DNA of 64,000 nt from Ginglymostoma cirratum (lineage: Eukaryota), in assembly GCA_024137785.1 (NCBI GenBank), contig JAHRHZ010000289.1, positions 23,625,512 through 23,689,511 of the forward strand. Reading direction: 5' to 3'. The notes under the pieces were generated by a model. That model saw nothing but the letters and a program-made list of their open reading frames with translations. It was not told the DNA's origin and ran no database searches. Every line of letters begins with the position of its first letter. The stretch's first letter is position 1. Positions 11,549 through 23,528 of this stretch are shown here, piece after piece. Made by a program: the position numbers and the translations under genes.

Positions 11549-13789
11549 CCCGGTTTTCCTCTAGGAAGGCCTATGAGACTATGTGACAATCAAGGACGGC
11601 AGAGGAACGATTGAGAGACTGCAGCTTGGGAGAAGACTGTTGGGAGTATCCGGGAGGAGAGAGGATAAAGGCACATCCATCAAGGAGATCAGGATGGGGT
11701 TGTGTGGGGGAATTCACAGGTTGGGAGGGCATGGTGAGTTGGGATATTGGGCCAGGGAAGATATTGCAAGGAGTGGACATTAGGAGTCGCATCAGATGAC
11801 AGGGACAGGGAGTGAGGCCAGAGTGCCCAATTACCAAGGAGTTTAGCAAGGTAGCTTGTTGGGGCTGTGAGGAGTACACCTGCACCTCGTGGTTAAGTAA
11901 TGTTGTAAATACTTGTTCCATTCAAAACTTCTTGCCTCTCTCCAGCTGCTGGCTTGCCTGAGGCCTGAAAAATGAACATACTTAAATAACTTCTGGAAAT
12001 GGTTGGTCATTTATGCCCCCTCCCCATTTCAGCTCCATTAAAACTAGCGGGTTGGTGGGTTCAAGGGCGGGTTAGGTTTAAGTTTGAAATGTTATACATT
12101 GTAACTTCTTTGCCAAAATAAACCCACTGGTTTACCTATTCAGTGACTTAATTTCCCTTGGTTTTCCTGGTTGTTAATATGTTGGTATAAATACCCTTTT
12201 GTTATTTTTTTAACCCAATCCCTAATACCATTTAAGAGCAATTTGTTAACTATTTTAAACAGGTACTAAAGAAACTTTATTTGAATGCATTACTCAATGT
12301 CCTAGCACAGTAAATTAAACCTGTAAGCACAACAAAGTCATCACAAAATACCTGCATTGGTGTATTTTAATGCTCCTTGGTTCTCCTAACCTTTTTTTGA
12401 AAATATATTCACCTTATTAATTGCTTCCATCATAATGTGAGGAAAAAGGTTCTTCAATGAAAATAGAATCTTGAACTCGATTCCAATTCTGCTAGGGTGG
12501 CAAGAATAACACTTTCATTTTCTCCTAAGTATATTGGTTTTCCATGAAATGGGGTCAGGCATACTCTGCTCACATCCTGACATGGGTGTGGACTCAATGC
12601 TGTTTGCAGTTTAATACTTATGGTAAATATCATAAAGGTATGCACATGGTCTGGAACTTTACCACAAGAACAGAAATTGAAAATTATTCAACGCTGCTGC
12701 CAATCTAGTGGGAGATCTTATTTTGCAGGCAATGCATTTAGAAATCCTGGCTGTAATTTCCCCCTTTTTATGAAATGAATGGATAAAAATTACAATCCAA
12801 GCACGTATTCCCCTGCAAGCACGGTATCCCAGTTGGATCTCACTTAAGCATGAACAAAGGAGAGTCTCAATTCTTCAGAATTTTCCATCCAGGAGTTCCA
12901 TGCCAGAAGTGCAAATTTATAAAATGACAATCTCACTCAGCAAGGCCATTAAGATGGCTTATGTGCGGAAAGGAAATATCACACTGCTGCAGTCACAGTC
13001 GTGTTTGTGAGACCGAAAAGGAAGCACATTATGAAGTTACTGTCAAGGCAAGTTTATTTTGTAGTTTAGTACTCAATACCTAGAATGGGCCTACTTGTTT
13101 TTAAAATTCAGAACCTAAAGTAGGGAATGGTTATAGTTTCCCAGCACAAGGCAAAGTCTTGTCTTTGTCTCTTTCTGAGGCAAATATCAAAGTAGAAATA
13201 AATTATCTTAGACAAATTCTGCAAAATATTTCTACAAAAGTCAAATTGGTTGGCAGCTCTGATCTCATTACCGAATAGCATTGCAGAAATTTAATGACCA
13301 GATAAAGATTTCTATATAACGCGTGTAAATTATGGAGTGTTCCGTTCAAATTACGTTCTGTGATTATCTGAGCATATGAGCAAGCATACAATTAAACTTA
13401 TGTTTCCACTATGCTTGGTGACTATGAGGATAGTCAATGCATTTTCATTAAAATGGCAAAGGACTTATAATTTTTTGCTTTTAGCAATTTAAAAATATTT
13501 AAAAGTATATTGACTTTTTTTTAGGCAAGATCAGTTCCTGGTACATACAGCATCTATTATGCTACTATGCTGGAGTTGTTTGAAAATTTACACGAAAGCA
13601 GATGCTCATGTTGTAGTGCCAAGTCCCATATTTCCATCATTCCTCTCCTCTTCCTAGCTTCATGACCCAGTGTGTGGACTTTAAAATAGTTTTCCAAACC
13701 ATCCTAAATTAATATTCAGCTTCTGTTGTTCTAAAAATCCGACAACTCATTCTTTTCCTCCTCTTCTTCCCTATCAAAAACAGCTACTA

Positions 13790-14315
13790 AACTTCTGCTC
13801 TATCACTGAGGTTCATAACTTCAGTTGCCTCAGCCCCATGTTTGGAAATATTCACCTTACACCTCTTTGTCTCAACCTCACTTTCCTAGTCATAGAGTCA
13901 TACAGCATGGAAACAGTCCCTTTCAAACTCGTCTCCAACAACTTACCATCAAAGTCAGACTCACAGGTCTATAGTTCCCAGGCTTCTCCTTATAACCTTT
14001 CGTAAATAAAGATACAACATTTGCCACCCTCTAGTCCTCTGGCACCTCACCTGTGGTTATAGATGACACAAATATCTCTGCTGGGGTCCCTCAATTTCTA
14101 CCCTAACTTCCCACAACGTCCTGGGATACACTTGATGAGGTCCCAGAGATTCCTCCAACCTATCTCCCTTCAAGAGACTCCTTAAAACCTACCCTGGTCT
14201 TATCTGATCTAATGTCTCCTAATGCGGCTGAGTGTCATGTTTTGTTTTATAACACTTCTGTGAAATGCTTTGAGATATTTCAATACATTAACAATGCTAT
14301 ACAAGTTGTTGTTGC
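13790..14315 (+). mobile_element. L2-like LINE 3' end interrupted by a CR1 fragment
   Basis: 'ttcagttgcctcagcccc...' resumes after the insert as 'ttcaagagactccttaaaacctac...ctgtgaaatgctttgagat...gctatacaagttgttgttg'. Confidence 0.6.
13889..14150 (-). mobile_element. CR1/HER1 LINE, internally deleted (3' tail joined to RT-proximal segment)
   Basis: 13889-13930 matches the tail at 15515-15560; 13933-14150 is homologous to 16672-16885. Confidence 0.8.
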
Positions 14316-15514
14316 ATGAAATTAGCATTCTGTGCCAGTTATACCTACGCCTAGACATCTGTTACTGATTTAACAGCAACAACAGTGGAAACCAGTTTAT
14401 ATCCAAAGGGATCTGAGAATTTGAATTAAAGGAGTTCCAAATAAAGGTGTGTAATATATGTAACATTAGAGTAGAGATGAGTCATTTCTTTGCATGCTAA
14501 TTTCCCAAACTGCACTAAGTCAGCATTGGGGTGATTTTGAGCAAGGAGTTAAATGTTTCCACATAAGTAGAAAGGTCTCTCTAGCATGTCCCCTAGTAGC
14601 TCATTTCAGAGTTGTATAAGTTTGCAAACATAGGCTGCAAGGACTCATCATGGGTAGGCAGGAGAACATAACTGAAAATAAAAGGGAAAGTTTTAGACTC
14701 AGCAAAAAGAAATGTTGGTCAATTAATATTCTTTGTTTGGTTCCTCCTTCTTCACTGCTTCTCAGCCATCTGAGACCTTAGACATCTTCTGCTGCCAAAA
14801 AATCTTTGGTCTGTTCTTTGTCAGAATCTGAATGTCTTAAATGATTCTCTTATTAAGTCAGCTAAATATTGCATGGCTTAAGGACAGGAAAACGATTGTT
14901 TGCACAGTGTTGAGTTCTTTATTGCTCTGAAGAGACCTAGCTCCAATAAAAAATGTTTCACTCTAATTCCTAAAGGTGTACAAGCTTGTTTTGGCTCTTT
15001 TGAACTGTACTTTAAAGTACTTGAAGCCTGAGGGAGATGAGCTAAGGCATCTCACACCACAGCAGCTAAACAGTCTATTGGGGGAAGGGATGTCATACTG
15101 ATCCTACTGCAAAAGATCTAAATACTCATTAGCAACCAGCTGAAAAAAAGATCAAAGACATGTAAAAGGCCGGCATGATCCCTTGGGGGTAATAATCTGC
15201 AGCCAGCAGCAGTCATTCCTGCTTCCTGTTGTACACCCACTTCACTGCAATATGGTTCACAACCACAGTACTGAACTAAAACACACACAAAAGAAAACAA
15301 AAAGGCTGCTGGCTCTGCCTCTCTCCAGCTTGGCAAAACCATGGAAAACATCTGATTAATATTTTTGTGCATGCTGGGATTGCCACTTTTTCTCATTTTG
15401 TCTTCAAAAAAGCTATGGGAGGATTGGGGTCTGAAATGTGGAAAATACCGTGACGTTCATCAAACAGTGAGACTGCACCATTAGGGGATGTAGGAAGTTC
15501 AGGATGGATTTCAC

Positions 15515-17255
15515 TCACAGAGTTATACAGCATGGAAGTAGACCCTTCATTCCAACTAGTCCATGCCACCATGTTCCCAAACTAAACTAGTCCCACCTGC
15601 CTGTGTTTGGCTCATGTCCCTCCAAACCTTTCCTTTTCATGAACTTATCCAAATGTCATTTAAATGTTGTAATTGTACCGACATTCACCGCTTCCTCTGG
15701 TAGTTCATTCCACACACAAACCACTCTCTGTGTAAAAAGTTGCCCCTCATGTTCTTTTTAAATCTTTCTCCTCTATAATTAAAAATATGCCCCCTAGTTT
15801 TGAACTCCCCTACCCTAGGGAAAAGACTCTTACTATTCATCCTGTCTAAGCCCCTCATGATTTTTTGACCTCAATAAGGTCACCCCTCAACCTCTTAAGC
15901 TCCAGTGGAAAATGTCCCAGCCTTGCAGTCTATTTTTATAACTCAAACTCTACATTCAAGGCACATCCTGGTAAATCTTTTCTGAGCCCACTCTAGTTTA
16001 CTAATATCCTTCCTACAACAGAGTGACCAGAACTGCACATAATACTCCAGATGAGGCCTCACCAACATCCAGTACAACCTCAACATGACATCCCAACTCC
16101 TATACTCAAAGGTTGAGCGATGAAGCCAAGCATGCTAAATGCCTCCTTAAACACCCTGTCTACCTGTGATGCAAATTTCTAAGAATTATGTACCTGAACC
16201 CGTGGGTCTCTATGTTCTACAACACTGGGCCCAACAATGAACTGTATAACTCCTGTCCTTGTTTGTATTACCAAAATGCAATTATCTAAATTAAACTCCG
16301 CCAGCCACTCCTCAGCCCATTGACCCAATTGATCAAGATCTCTCTGTAATCTTAGATAACCCCCACCACCACCCTCTGTCTCCGCCCATAAAGCCAACTT
16401 TGTATCCATTTGACAAGCTCACTCTGAATCCCATGTGATCTAACTTTACTACTTAGTCTACCATGTGGAACCTTGTTAAATGATTTACTACAATCCAAGT
16501 AGATAATGTCTTGGACTGTAGTAAATCTGCCCTCTTCAAACTTTTTGGTTGCTTCATTAAAAAAATCAATCAAGTTTGTGAGAAATGACTTTCCTTGCAT
16601 AAAACCATGCTGACTATCCTTAATCAATCCTTGCCTTTCCAGATGCATGTAAATCCTATTCTTCAGAATCATCTCCAACAACTTAGCCACCACCAAAGTC
16701 AGTCTCACAGGTCTATAGTTTCCAGGTTTTTCCTTACAGCCTTTCGTAAACAATGGCACAACATTAGCCACCCTCCTGTACATCACTTGTGTTTATAGAT
16801 GACACAAGTATTTCTGCTTGGGTCCCCGCAATTTCCTCCCTAACGTCCCACAATGTCCTGGGATACACTTGATTAGGTCCTGGGACTGAAAGACCTTTAT
16901 GTTTTCTAAGACCTCCAGCACTTCCTCATCTGTAAAACAAAAATATCTATTTCCCTGAGTTCTCTAGCCTCTATTTCTTTCTTAACAGTACAAACTGATG
17001 CAAAATATTCATTTAATATTTCTCCCATCTCCTGTGGTTCAACACAAAGATGACCTCGTTGCTCTTTAAGGGGTCCTACGCTCTCTCTAGTTGTTCTCTT
17101 GCTCTTAATGTATTTGTAGAATCTTTTCGGATTATCTTAAACATTACGTGTCAAGGCTATCTCATATCGCCTCTTTGCCTTCCTGACTTCTTTGTTAAGA
17201 ATGCCCCTACACTCTTTATACTCTTCAAGGGATTCAGTTGATCCCAGTTGCCTAT
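15515..17255 (-). mobile_element. CR1-clade LINE (HER1-like), 5'-truncated, decayed RT
   Basis: ORF 16352-16786 'VANVVPLFTKGCKEKPGNYRPVRLT...SQHGFMQGKSFLTNLIDFF...YLDCSKSFNKVPH...RQRVVVG' and 16179-16409 'LQRDLDQLGQWAEEW' are canonical CR1 ORF2 motifs. Confidence 0.95.
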
Positions 17256-17357
17256 ATAACATGATGTCAAATATACTAAAAACCATAGATGCCAGTACTT
17301 GACAGAGGAGTGCTACAAACATTTTCTGTTTGCAGTTTATTGAAGTTGATTAGTAGA

Positions 17358-17544
17358 AAAAATGGAAGCCAGGCGAAAATAGTGAAAGGTGCGCGTTGCC
17401 ACGCCAATGCCCCACCCACCCCATCCCATGACCACCACTTGCCCCAAGTGTAACAGAGCCTGCCGAAGCCATATTGATCTGTACTGCCACTTGTGGACTC
17501 ATCTTGAGAGTGTAAGAGAGTCATCCTCGTCAGCAAGGGACTGC

Positions 17545-17577
<33 letters not shown>
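17358..17577 (+). mobile_element. RTE-clade LINE 3' end with (TGA)n tail
   Basis: Translates '...TTTCPKCNRACRSHIDLYCHLWTH', the C-terminal CxxC...HxxxH motif of RTE ORFs, followed by a short UTR and a trinucleotide tail. Confidence 0.75.
17545..17577 (+). repeat. (TGA)11 microsatellite
   Basis: Direct reading; it is the tail of the RTE element. Confidence 0.95.
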
Positions 17578-17579
<2 letters not shown>

Positions 17580-19228
17580 ATTACAACTCTCGGCCTTGGT
17601 GAAATTTTAGAAGTGATTTGGAAAAAAACAGAATACATTCCAATACCCTAGAAACATCGGGATGTATTTAATTTTTCTAATACAAAATGCATCAAAATAA
17701 TTATCTCCTTTTTAAATGAACAAATCTCTTTTCATTCGAGTAATATATACTGTATCTTTAAAACAGTGAATTCAAAAACTGAATTTTCCTGTGTGATCTT
17801 AGTGTACCAGTACAGACCAATGTACTAGTCTAATCTGGCAAAATTTATGCAGCTGTAACCTGCAGAACAGGTTTACCATTAGAAAACAGTCTCCAATTTT
17901 GACATGAGAATCTCCTTACTGGCTATAAGAACAAGCCAAACACTGGCATGCAGGATGGTCAGACTGAACATTCTGATTCACTCAAATGAAGAAAGAAAAA
18001 TGGTGATTCCCACTCACCACACGTTGTCTGTTCATTAGTAATCCTGAGCACTCATTTTGTTTTGTAATAGTTTAGGTGAGTACAGGATGGCAGTTGGCTG
18101 TAATGCCTCAAGTGAGCAAATACAGACTGCTGATCACATTCTAGGTTCACCCATCTATGTTTCACCCACGATAGGCTCAAGAGATTGTAAGACTGCCAAT
18201 TATTGCGGATCCAGTCGAATGGCCCTGATGAAGGGATTCACAAATAATATTAGGAGGACTTAAGGGAAAAAAATATTTGCAAGATTATGAAGGGATTTTA
18301 TGGACTTTCCACCTTGTAAAGAAAAATCCACTTTTAAAAACGAATAAGGAGGCCTACAATTAACAACTGAGTACTCCATGATGCATATTTTCAATCAGTA
18401 TTCTCGCATTATATTCTTTACAATTTATTTTTAAAATCAGAACTGCCTGAAATTTATTGAACAGACTTTCCTCTTTTGCACTTACCTATAAATAATCATT
18501 TGAAAAAGGAAAATTGGGTAAGTTCTCCAATGGGCATGTCATCCTGCCCACTGACTTTCCTCTCTGTACTCTGTGCAAGGAGTCGTTTAATGCTTACCGC
18601 CAACACTTGTAAGTATTTGAAATCAATCATCATTATCGTGGAATTCCATTGAAGAAGCATTTGTGGAAACAATAATTGTTTGAACTTTTAACTACCAAAG
18701 GGGCTGATTTTACTCTAGAGCTGCAGTGACATCAGAAGCAAATGAGGAAACATTTCCTTTGCTTGATATTTTTAGTAGAATTGAACATGCTTTCTTCTTT
18801 CAAACGCGTTTTGCAACTTCACTATAAATACTGACAGGAGGAAATATTCTCATCAGTTTTTTTTTATGCAATTACACCCAGTGACTGCAAAATGATCCCT
18901 GAGGTTGAAACAAGTTATTCTGACCTTAACATAGATCACTGTCAGGCTGAATTTAGAATTCCTGCTAAGATATTGCTGGTGACGCAAAGTCTAACACTGG
19001 TGCTTGAAGTATGATAGCAGTCCGTGATCTTGAGAACAATTTCTTAATGCTTGGTTTTAGGCCTACAAAATCACTCCACAGACAGTGATTTATTCACTGT
19101 GATATGAGGCCAAGTATGTTGAGTTCATGCAGTACAGCAATTTAAAAATGTTCAGAGGGGTGGATTAGGCAATTAAGAAAGTTCATATTGCAGTACTAAT
19201 ATTTCCCTTGTCTGTTGCTTTAGTTTAA

Positions 19229-19399
19229 GTCTAAATTGCCCAAAGTGTTCAGGGATATGAAAGTTAGGTGAATTAGCCATGAGAATGCATGGTTAGAGAT
19301 ATAGCGTAGTGGGATATGGTCTGGGTGGGATGCTCTTCAGAGTGCAGACTTAATGGGCCGAAGGGCCTGTTTACACACTGTGGTGATTCTATGATTCTT
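19229..19399 (+). mobile_element. HE1-type SINE 3' fragment
   Basis: 'ctaaattgcccaaagtgttcagggat...ggtctgggtgggatgctcttc...gggccgaagggcctgtttacacactgtggtgattctatgattct'. Confidence 0.85.
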
Positions 19400-22149
19400 A
19401 ACTTACTGAAACAAGTAAGATGAAGAAACAGGAGTCTTTGCCAGAAGGAAAACAAGTAAAATTGGCTCATGAGACACATTTATCCGACTCATCTTGACAC
19501 TTCAACACTATGAACAGCGTATTTATTTTCCAGTATTACTGTTTTTCTACTGGTTTTCACTCTGGGTCATGTTCAGTGGTGGCGGGATTGTTTACAAATT
19601 CTCTTTTCAGCACTAGATTTGGGGGTGGGAGGCGGGGGAAGAATATGATTACAAACTGAAAGGTGACTGCTATTTATGGCACCTAAGGTGAACAATCCAC
19701 TCTCAGGTGTTGTGAATACGAGTCAGCCACATCCAGGAATGAATAAGTTTGTTGGTTTTCAGCCACTTCCTGTCATTCTGGTGCTTTTAAGGGGTAGAAC
19801 CATAAACATAAACTGTATTCCTCCTTACCTTGACTTTCCTCCTAGGGTTTATAGCGTCTCACCTGGAAACTAGCCTAACTTAGAATCTCTCATTTTGCTT
19901 GGTGGTGTTCACCTCTGCTTCAGGTACTTTTACCTAAAAGTACTCAGGTACCTTTATTTCAGGTACTTAGCTGTCTCTTATTTGTAGTACAGTTGATTTG
20001 CAAAGACTAGTGTTCTGTTGTTTTCATTGGCTGGTCTGCTGTGCAGGAGATTTCATATCCATTCAAGTATTCAGTATAAAGCTATCATGATTGAATGTAG
20101 CTTAACAAAAGTCTTTAGGAGTCCATATTAACCCTTAGTAGAACATCAACAACAAGTAGACCATTGTATGTAGTTTGAATGTCCAACAACAAAAGGGCAT
20201 TGAAGCATTAATAATATTTCATTGAAAAAGTCTTCAGCATGGCTGGTGATCTTAAATCCGGAAAGTCTTTTTTCCCAATAGATAAAAGATTCTTAACATA
20301 ATCTTTCTCTGCTTACATGTTTAGAGGACAACATGGATATTTGCAATCAATTGTGAGAGTAAAATTAGGAATATAAAATTAATGGATCTCGTGCAAAGCA
20401 GGGCGAGTGTAATTCTAGTTGGGAGTGGGAGATACCAACTTGAGATGGTGGGCAGGTTGCCTTGTTTTCAGTTTGCCTTGTGGAATACCTAGAGCATCAA
20501 TACCATATACTGTTGGTTGATTGCCTGATGAGGTTGAGAAAAAGAATTCATATCTTTACTGTTGGAGGTTTACATATGGTTACAGTTTTCCGCAGGAATT
20601 GAATTGGCAGGACAGCATCCATAATAAGACAACTATTACAAGGTCTATGACGGGAACAGGTTTACTGGGTGAATAACGTTTTCCCATAACATGTATTCCA
20701 AAAATGGTAAAAAGGAGTAAAAGGGGCTCAATTTATTTTAAAGTGGTAGCATTGTCTAATTTGATTCACAGATTCATTGGCAGCAGTTCAACAGACCACC
20801 CAGCTTCCATTATTTACAGATAATGCTCAATAAATCCCATTCACTTCTGAGGTAGTGCGGAAAAATAGTGCCCAATGTGTGCACGTTAGATACATGTGAC
20901 ACCCTCCCTGCGTTTCTGTCAACTGTTCTTTTCCACCGTAGATTAGGATCACATGGATCAGATCAAGGAAATAGTCAGATCAATGGAAGATGTTTTAAAA
21001 TTACAATATCTGAAAAGCTCTTCAACCTTGTCTTAAATCATGGGTGGAGAAGATAAATAACTCCTTCCATCTCTCACCAATACATTTTTTTAAAAAAGAA
21101 AGTTGCTTGTTTGACTTTTTAAAAGTTCAAAGATCAAGGTGAATCTTATAAACTGGCATAAGGCTTTGCTAAATCAGGAGCATGAATTTTTCGCCTGTTT
21201 CCACCCACATCTTTTGTGGTATTCAAATTATGTTTTAGCCTAATGATAGGCAAAAGGTTAAAAGATGTGCAATAAAGGTTTTGGTGTCAAGCATATCTGA
21301 AGGAATATTTTTAAATGCCTTTAACCATAGTGTAAGATCGAAGAAATGATAAACAGTCACACGTCAGGCAGGGCTCGTTTCATCTACCTGCTGCGTCACG
21401 GAACTACTGTGAGCCTCTTCAACGTTCAAATTGTTTGTAAGCAGTACGATGTGGTATTTCAATTTGTCAGGCAACTAAAAAACACAAACACCTGCTAAAC
21501 ACACTTGATGATAGCTCTGATAAGGACAAGAAGTGTTTTGGATTCTCCCGCAAGTAAACAGTGAGCCTTCAGCTTGTTGGCTTTCCAGTGTCTGTTGATT
21601 GATGTGCTGTTTTTCATTATATTTCTGTATATATTTAGCTAAATAAAATTTGTTATGAGTTAGTTGTTGGGGAAGTGGTATTGATAAGTGGGATTTAATG
21701 GACTGGTGTCCTTCAATGATGAGACAATTGGGGGAAGGTTAGTTGATCTCAGCAGAGGCAGTAGTGAGCTGGAATCTAAAGGTGGTATTCAGTGGAGACA
21801 ACAGGGCTCTTACCCACCAACTAGATAGCCAGGACCACCTCTTTTAGGGAAGCTCACCCTTTCAAGTGCCACTACACATATTAAAAAAGTGGTGGGCCTT
21901 CCCCATGATGAAAGATCCCTGGGGGCTCTGCCATCTCAAAGGCAGTGAGTGTTGCCACTTCACTGCTCACCCAAGGCCTAGCATTGTCACAGGATCAGAT
22001 GGTACAGGTAAGTGATGGCAGGCAGGAGATCATGAGGAGAGTGGCAGGGTGGTATGAATAGACAAGATGAGTGTGAATAGACATTGAATGCAGTCAATCT
22101 AACTTGGCCAATAACTGCAACGTTATCCTTCAATGCACATTCTTCACTG

Positions 22150-22682
22150 ACCTAAAAGGGTGAATTTATGAAGACAGGTTGCAAATACTCATCCTGTATT
22201 CCTTTGTTCACAGGAAATTAGATGGTGATCTAATTGAGGTGTTTGCAATGATCAATGATTTGATAGAGAATCTATTTTCCAGTTCTGAGGACCTGAAATG
22301 TTAAATTTGATTTCCCTTCACAGATGCCTCCAGACCTGCTGAGCTTTTCCAGCAACTTCTGTTTTTGACCGTATTTTCTTCGGTGGAAGAATCCAAAACA
22401 GGGAGATAAATCTTTTAAATTACAGCTACACTGTTGAGAGGTAATATAGGAATGCACTTCTTCACATAGAGGATGGTGTAACTCAGAACATGAAGTGCTG
22501 TAGAAGCTAAGCCAATTGAAATATTCAAAATGAAATTGATGAATCTTTTATTCAATAATAGCATTAAGGATTGTGTAAAGAAGGCAGCTATTAGGAGATA
22601 CGATACAAATTAGCCTTGACCCAATTGACTAGTAGAATAGGCCTTTGTCATTGAATGGCCTTTTCCTATCCCAATGTTCCAT
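22150..22682 (+). mobile_element. Old CR1 3' end with nested Penelope-like fragment (about 22275-22370)
   Basis: 'tatgaagacaggttg...gatggtgatctaattgaggtgtttgcaatg' (LSYEERL...GDLIEVFK-like); nested 'cacagatgcctccagacctgctgagcttttccagcaacttctgtttttg'. Confidence 0.7.
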
Positions 22683-23177
22683 CAGATTAAGACAGATTAA
22701 TGACGGCAAAATACACTAAGCGGAATTTAATATCAGTGACAGGAATCCCACCCACTGATTGGAAAACCAGGGGAGCAATAGGCTGTTTGTCTCAGGGAGG
22801 CTGAAAGCAATTAATAGGCAATTAGGTACTTACCTGGATAGCATCGTCCTTCCAAGCAATCCGTCTCCAGTAAGGAAGAAATCCCATTGCTGACAGCAAG
22901 TCGATCAGAGACCAGCAGCATTCAACTATTAGCAGTTCCACCAGACACAGTGGCCATTGATTGTACAACACTTTGGCCTATCTTTTGGATCTCCAGATAT
23001 TAGTGACCATGCTCAGGATCGGGGTAGCAGGAAGAGGGAAGTTGCCAAGGAAGCTGCCAAGGGGAGTGAGCGGGGGAGTAGCTTTCATTAGGTTCCCCTT
23101 TCCCAACGTCAGGTTCCTGAGTTAGGCACAGGGTGCCTGTGAATGAGCCTGCAGGCAAATTGGACGGAGTGTTTATT

Positions 23178-23528
23178 TAAATTTATTCTTTCATGTGGTG
23201 TGGCCCTCAGATCATTTGTTGCTGAGTTCCAATTGATCTGCGTGGCTTGCTAGGCCATTTCAGAGGGAGGTTAAGAGTCAATGACATTGCTGTGGGACTG
23301 AAGTCATGTGTAGCAAAGGGCAGCTTTTCTTCCCTCAGGCAATTAGTAAACCAGCAACAATTAATGATAGTTTCATGGTCACCAATACCGAGATCAGCTT
23401 TCAATACCAGATTGTATTAACTGAATTTAAACTCTACCAGCTGCTGTGATGGTGGGATTCAAACCTGTATCCTTACAGCATTAAACTGGGATTTAAGATT
23501 ACTAGCTAAGTGACAATACAGCGTCATC
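23178..23528 (-). mobile_element. tRNA-derived SINE (family C) sharing its tail with the 63300 LINE family
   Basis: rc B-box 'ggtgggattcaaacc'; body 'gtggcttgctaggccatttcagagggaggttaagagtcaa'; tail 'aatttattctttcatgtgg'. Confidence 0.7.

Noticed and set aside
17276-17638. Poly-Ile ORF
   Set aside because: Antisense reading of the (TGA)11 tail.
21367-21498. Plus-strand 'RFIYLLRHG' resembling the histidine-phosphatase RHG motif
   Set aside because: No flanking similarity and no plus-strand splice acceptor; a short motif expected by chance.
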